From: a virus
Lineage: Duplodnaviria; Heunggongvirae; Uroviricota; Caudoviricetes
Virus record (IMG/VR): IMGVR_UViG_2645727555_000004
Coordinates: 1 to 10,381 of that record
Direction: 5' to 3' (one strand)
DNA length: 10,381 nucleotides
Shown piece by piece: positions 7,190 to 10,381 of the stretch. The first letter of the stretch is position 1. Every line of letters starts with the position of its first letter. Under the pieces are notes generated by a model. That model was not told where the DNA came from and searched no databases. It worked only from the letters and a program-made list of their open reading frames with translations. The position numbers and the translations under genes are program-made.

Positions 7190-7220
7190 TGAGCCGCCTT
7201 TTGGGCGGCTTTGTTGTTTA
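7190..7220 (+). terminator. Rho-independent terminator downstream of the moron lipoprotein gene
   Basis: A perfect 7-bp GC-rich inverted repeat AGCCGCC (7192-7198) and GGCGGCT (7204-7210) flanks a TTTTG loop and is followed by the T-rich tract TTGTTGTTT (7211-7219). It sits 25 nt after the lipoprotein stop and just before the J ribosome-binding site. Confidence 0.6.
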
Positions 7221-7233
7221 TGGAGTGTGAGGA

Positions 7234-10200
7234 ATGGGTAAAGGAAGCAGTAAGGGGCATACCCCGCGCGAAGCGAGGGACAACCTGAAGTCCACGCAGC
7301 TGCTGAGTGTGATCGATGCCATCAGCGAAGGGCCGGTTGAAGGTCCGGTGGACGGATTAAAAAGCGTGCTGCTGAACAGTACGCCGGTGCTGGACAGTGA
7401 GGGGAATACCAATATATCCGGTGTCACGGTGGTGTTCCGGGCAGGTGAGCAGGAGCAGACACCGCCGGAGGGATTTGAATCCTCCGGCTCCGAGACGGTG
7501 CTGGGTACGGAAGTGAAATATGACACGCCGATCACCCGGACCATCACGTCGGCAAACATCGACCGTCTGCGCTTTACCTTCGGTGTGCAGGCTCTGGTGG
7601 AAACCACCTCAAAGGGGGACCGGAATCCGTCGGAAGTCCGCCTGCTGGTTCAGATACAACGTAACGGTGGCTGGGTGACGGAAAAAGACATCACCATTAA
7701 AGGCAAAACCACCTCACAGTATCTGGCCTCGGTGGTGGTGGGTAACCTGCCGCCGCGCCCGTTTAATATCCGGATGCGCAGGATGACGCCGGACAGCACC
7801 ACAGACCAGCTGCAGAACAAAACGCTCTGGTCGTCATACACCGAAATCATCGATGTGAAACAGGGCTACCCGAACACGGCACTGGTCGGCGTGCAGGTGG
7901 ACTCGGAGCAGTTCGGTAGCCAGCAGGTGAGCCGTAATTATCATCTGCGCGGGCGTATTCTGCAGGTGCCGTCGAATTATAACCCGCAGACGCGGCAATA
8001 CAGCGGTATCTGGGACGGAACGTTTAAACCGGCATACAGCAACAACATGGCCTGGTGTCTGTGGGATATGCTGACCCATCCACGCTACGGCATGGGGAAA
8101 CGTCTTGGTGCGGCGGATGTGGACAAATGGGCGCTGTATGTCATCGGCCAGTACTGCGACCAGTCGGTGCCGGATGGCTTTGGTGGCACGGAGCCGCGTA
8201 TTACCTGTAATGCGTACCTGACCACGCAGCGCAAGGCGTGGGATGTGCTCAGTGATTTCTGCTCGGCGATGCGCTGTATGCCGGTATGGAACGGGCAGAC
8301 GCTGACGTTTGTGCAGGACCGGCCATCGGATAAGGTGTGGACCTATAACCGCAGTAATGTGGTGATGCCGGATGATGGCGCGCCGTTCCGCTACAGCTTC
8401 AGCGCCCTGAAAGACCGCCATAATGCCGTTGAGGTGAACTGGATTGACCCGAACAACGGCTGGGAGACGGCGACAGAGCTTGTGGAGGATACGCAGGCCA
8501 TTGCCCGTTACGGTCGTAACGTCACGAAGATGGATGCTTTTGGCTGTACCAGCCGGGGGCAGGCACACCGCGCCGGGCTGTGGCTGATTAAAACAGAACT
8601 GCTGGAAACGCAGACCGTGGACTTCAGCGTGGGCGCAGAAGGGCTTCGCCATGTGCCGGGCGATGTCATTGAAATCTGTGATGATGACTATGCCGGTATC
8701 AGCACCGGCGGGCGCGTGCTGGCGGTAAACAGCCAGACCCGGACGCTGACGCTCGACCGTGAAATCACGCTGCCATCCTCCGGCACCACGCTGATAAGCC
8801 TGGTTGACGGACAGGGGAATCCGGTCAGCGTGGAGGTCCAGTCCGTCACCGACGGCGTGAAGGTGAAAGTGAGCCGTGTTCCTGACGGCGTTGCCGAATA
8901 CAGCGTGTGGGGGCTGAAGCTGCCGACGCTGCGCCAGCGCCTGTTCCGCTGCGTGAGTATCCGTGAGAACGATGACGGCACGTATGCCATCACCGCCGTG
9001 CAGCATGTACCGGAAAAAGAAGCCATCGTGGATAACGGGGCGCACTTTGACGGCGACCAGAGCGGCACGGTGAATGGTGTCACGCCGCCAGCGGTGCAGC
9101 ACCTGACTGCCGAAGTCACCGCAGACAGCGGGGAGTATCAGGTACTGGCCCGCTGGGACACGCCGAAGGTGGTGAAGGGCGTGAGCTTCCTGCTTCGCCT
9201 GACCGTGGCAGCGGATGACGGCAGTGAGCGGCTGGTCAGCACGGCCAGGACGACGGAAACCACATACCGCTTCACGCAACTGGCGCTGGGAAACTACAGG
9301 CTGACAGTCCGGGCGGCAAATGCCTGGGGGCAGCAGGGCGATCCGGCATCGGTATCGTTCCGGATTGCCGCACCGGCAGCGCCGTCGCGGATTGAGCTGA
9401 CGCCGGGCTATTTTCAGATAACCGCCACGCCGTATCTTGCCGTTTATGATCCGACGGTACAGTTTGAGTTCTGGTTCTCAGAAAAGCGGATTGCGGATAT
9501 CAGGCAGGTTGAAACCGCAGCCCGCTATCTTGGCTCGGCGCTGTACTGGATAGCTGCCAGTATCAATATCAAACCGGGCCATGATTATTATTTTTATATC
9601 CGCAGTGTGAATACTGTTGGCAAATCGGCATTTGTGGAGGCTGTTGGCCAGCCGAGTGATGATGCATCCGGCTATCTGGATTTTTTCAAAGGAGAGATAG
9701 GGAAAACCCATCTGGCTCAGGAGTTGTGGACGCAGATTGATAACGGTCAGCTTGCGCCTGACCTGGCTGAAATCAGGACGTCCATTACGGATGTCAGCAA
9801 TGAAATCACGCAGACCGTCAATAAAAAACTGGAAGACCAGAGTGCAGCGATCCAGCAGATACAGAAGGTTCAGGTTGATACAAATAATAATCTGAACAGC
9901 ATGTGGGCTGTGAAGCTGCAGCAGATGCAGGACGGACGCCTTTATATTGCGGGTATCGGTGCCGGTATTGAGAATACGCCAGCAGGAATGCAGAGTCAGG
10001 TGCTGCTGGCGGCAGACAGGATTGCGATGATTAATCCTGCGAATGGCAACACAAAGCCGATGTTTGTTGGTCAGGGTGATCAGATATTCATGAACGACGT
10101 GTTCCTGAAACGCCTGACGGCCCCCACCATTACCAGCGGCGGTAATCCTCCGGCATTTTCCCTGACACCGGACGGGCGGCTGACGGCGAAAAATGCCGAT

Positions 10201-10381
10201 ATCAGCGGTAACGTGAATGCGAACTCCGGGACGCTCAACAACGTCACGATTAACGAGAACTGTCGGGTTCTGGGAAAACTGTCCGCGAACCAGATTGAAG
10301 GCGATATTGTCAAAACGGTCAGCAAGTCTTTCCCCCGCACGAGCACTTATGCCAGTGGCACCATCACGGTAAGAATCAGTG
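7234..10381 (+). CDS. J: Tail tip / central tail fiber host specificity protein J, 5' ~1049 codons (3' end beyond window)
   Basis: ATG at 7234 is preceded by GGAG at 7222-7225. The frame is open to the window end; it is absent from the ORF track only because no stop falls inside the window. The translation begins [54 protein letters not shown] and stays lambda gpJ-like throughout (e.g. ..[55 protein letters not shown]). All minus-strand ORFs across 7218-9279 are antisense to it. Confidence 0.93.
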   Translation, partial: MGKGSSKGHTPREARDNLKSTQLLSVIDAISEGPVEGPVDGLKSVLLNSTPVLDSEGNTNISGVTVVFRAGEQEQTPPEGFESSGSETVLGTEVKYDTPITRTITSANIDRLRFTFGVQALVETTSKGDRNPSEVRLLVQIQRNGGWVTEKDITIKGKTTSQYLASVVVGNLPPRPFNIRMRRMTPDSTTDQLQNKTLWSSYTEIIDVKQGYPNTALVGVQVDSEQFGSQQVSRNYHLRGRILQVPSNYNPQTRQYSGIWDGTFKPAYSNNMAWCLWDMLTHPRYGMGKRLGAADVDKWALYVIGQYCDQSVPDGFGGTEPRITCNAYLTTQRKAWDVLSDFCSAMRCMPVWNGQTLTFVQDRPSDKVWTYNRSNVVMPDDGAPFRYSFSALKDRHNAVEVNWIDPNNGWETATELVEDTQAIARYGRNVTKMDAFGCTSRGQAHRAGLWLIKTELLETQTVDFSVGAEGLRHVPGDVIEICDDDYAGISTGGRVLAVNSQTRTLTLDREITLPSSGTTLISLVDGQGNPVSVEVQSVTDGVKVKVSRVPDGVAEYSVWGLKLPTLRQRLFRCVSIRENDDGTYAITAVQHVPEKEAIVDNGAHFDGDQSGTVNGVTPPAVQHLTAEVTADSGEYQVLARWDTPKVVKGVSFLLRLTVAADDGSERLVSTARTTETTYRFTQLALGNYRLTVRAANAWGQQGDPASVSFRIAAPAAPSRIELTPGYFQITATPYLAVYDPTVQFEFWFSEKRIADIRQVETAARYLGSALYWIAASINIKPGHDYYFYIRSVNTVGKSAFVEAVGQPSDDASGYLDFFKGEIGKTHLAQELWTQIDNGQLAPDLAEIRTSITDVSNEITQTVNKKLEDQSAAIQQIQKVQVDTNNNLNSMWAVKLQQMQDGRLYIAGIGAGIENTPAGMQSQVLLAADRIAMINPANGNTKPMFVGQGDQIFMNDVFLKRLTAPTITSGGNPPAFSLTPDGRLTAKNADISGNVNANSGTLNNVTINENCRVLGKLSANQIEGDIVKTVSKSFPRTSTYASGTITVRIS

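Noticed and set aside
7834-9279. 481-aa ORF on the minus strand, plus other minus-strand ORFs at 7218-7607, 7650-7850 and 8688-9119
   Set aside because: They lie entirely antisense to the J gene, which has unambiguous homology support on the + strand. The translations are Arg/His/Pro-rich and low-complexity, typical of spurious antisense ORFs in GC-rich coding DNA.
1-10381. CRISPR arrays, tRNA/rRNA genes, integrase or att sites, transposase or IS elements
   Set aside because: No direct-repeat/spacer periodicity, no tRNA-like structure and no transposase or integrase-like ORF was seen. The window is filled by tail genes plus the single moron.

Overview
This window is the tail-morphogenesis block of a lambda-like (lambdoid) siphovirus or prophage. 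All real genes are on the + strand in the canonical lambda order: U (3' end only), V, G, G-T (via -1 frameshift), H, M, L, K, I, then an insertion, then J (first ~3.1 kb, running off the window end). Protein identities were assigned by reading the supplied translations against my recollection of phage lambda tail proteins; no database search was run. M and L look nearly identical to lambda, V/G/K/I/J are clearly homologous, and H appears lambda-like at both ends with a divergent middle. Gene junctions are tightly packed with lambda-like overlaps (T/H 20 nt, H/M ATGA, M/L TGATG, K/I 103 nt). The one piece that is not lambda-like is a ~480-bp strongly AT-rich insertion between I and J (6756-7233). 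It carries a small predicted outer-membrane lipoprotein gene (6829-7167) followed by a clean rho-independent terminator, which is the classic moron architecture. This is the best candidate for an undescribed accessory function, and my hypothesis is receptor-masking superinfection exclusion or another host-envelope function. Other points of note are a G-T programmed -1 frameshift site (A AAA AAG) that differs from the lambda heptamer, an intact JAMM/MPN plus NlpC/P60 motif set in K, and a divergent segment in J. All long minus-strand ORFs in the track are antisense artefacts of GC-rich coding DNA.
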